A stretch of DNA of 64,000 bases from assembly GCA_963697385.1 (NCBI GenBank), contig CAVONU010000004.1:963915-1027914 (forward strand). Reading direction: 5' to 3'. The stretch comes from an uncultured Acidimicrobiales bacterium. GTDB lineage: Bacteria; Actinomycetota; Acidimicrobiia; Acidimicrobiales; CAWCAL01. Below, in pieces: positions 63,920 through 64,000 of this stretch. The notes below the pieces were generated by a model. The model was not told the DNA's origin, did no database searches, and saw nothing but the letters and a program-made list of their open reading frames with translations. A program made the position numbers and the translations under genes. The first letter of the stretch is position 1. Each line of letters starts with the position of its first letter.

Positions 63920-64000
63920 CCCCACCGGGGGTCTGATCTCCGGTTCAAGATTGTTCGGATTCGGGGTTGCGCGGGTCAGGGTGTGGGGGTAGTGTCGAAC

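Noticed and set aside
1-64000. tRNA, rRNA, tmRNA, RNase P or SRP RNA genes as possible integration targets.
   Set aside because: Reading all intergenic stretches longer than 80 nt by eye showed no T-loop (GGTTCGAAT-like) or acceptor-stem pattern. A tRNAscan/Infernal run would be needed to be definitive.

Overview
High-GC, gene-dense chromosome segment that is most consistent with an actinobacterium. I call about 65 CDS. I saw no rRNA, tRNA or CRISPR array by eye. All product calls rest on motifs read in the supplied translations, because no database search was possible, and several start codons are approximate.

Bases 1 to about 46.9 kb are housekeeping. They hold acyl-CoA dehydrogenases, a YceH/DUF480 protein, thiamine pyrophosphokinase, two coiled-coil M23 peptidases, two fused ABC exporters, a CNNM/CBS pair, an APH-like kinase with a DUF6285 partner, fabI/inhA-like, an F420 reductase and mshC. 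They also hold a long block, thrS-HIT-pgsA-PIM acyltransferase-pimA ... pdxS-pdxT-yebC ... ruvCAB-queA-tgt-yajC-secD-secF-relA. As I recall it, this order mirrors M. tuberculosis Rv2614c to Rv2583c. The block is interrupted by an internally deleted IS110-family element, a multiply frameshifted aldo/keto reductase, and perfect or near-perfect tandem repeats of 33 bp x3 and 98 bp x2.

The most interesting signal starts where conserved synteny ends. The last 12 codons of relA plus the stop (36 nt) recur three times downstream, at 47837, 49085 and 52481, in direct orientation. Each copy is preceded by a shared arm of fixed geometry that carries a twice-repeated GGGCACAGCGC motif. All five substitutions in the copies are synonymous in the relA frame. 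The copies delimit three small gene cassettes:
- a cupredoxin-like lipoprotein;
- a membrane-anchored protein;
- an ECF sigma, an anti-sigma-like protein with three 4-Cys domains, and a hydrolase.
No recombinase gene is visible in the window.

The remaining 11 kb is accessory-looking. It includes a PhyH-dioxygenase/HD-domain pair resembling PhnY/PhnZ, a Coq4-like protein, and a TIR / single-TM / multi-blade beta-propeller protein with receptor-like topology and no canonical start codon. A tandem ribbon-helix-helix protein follows it.
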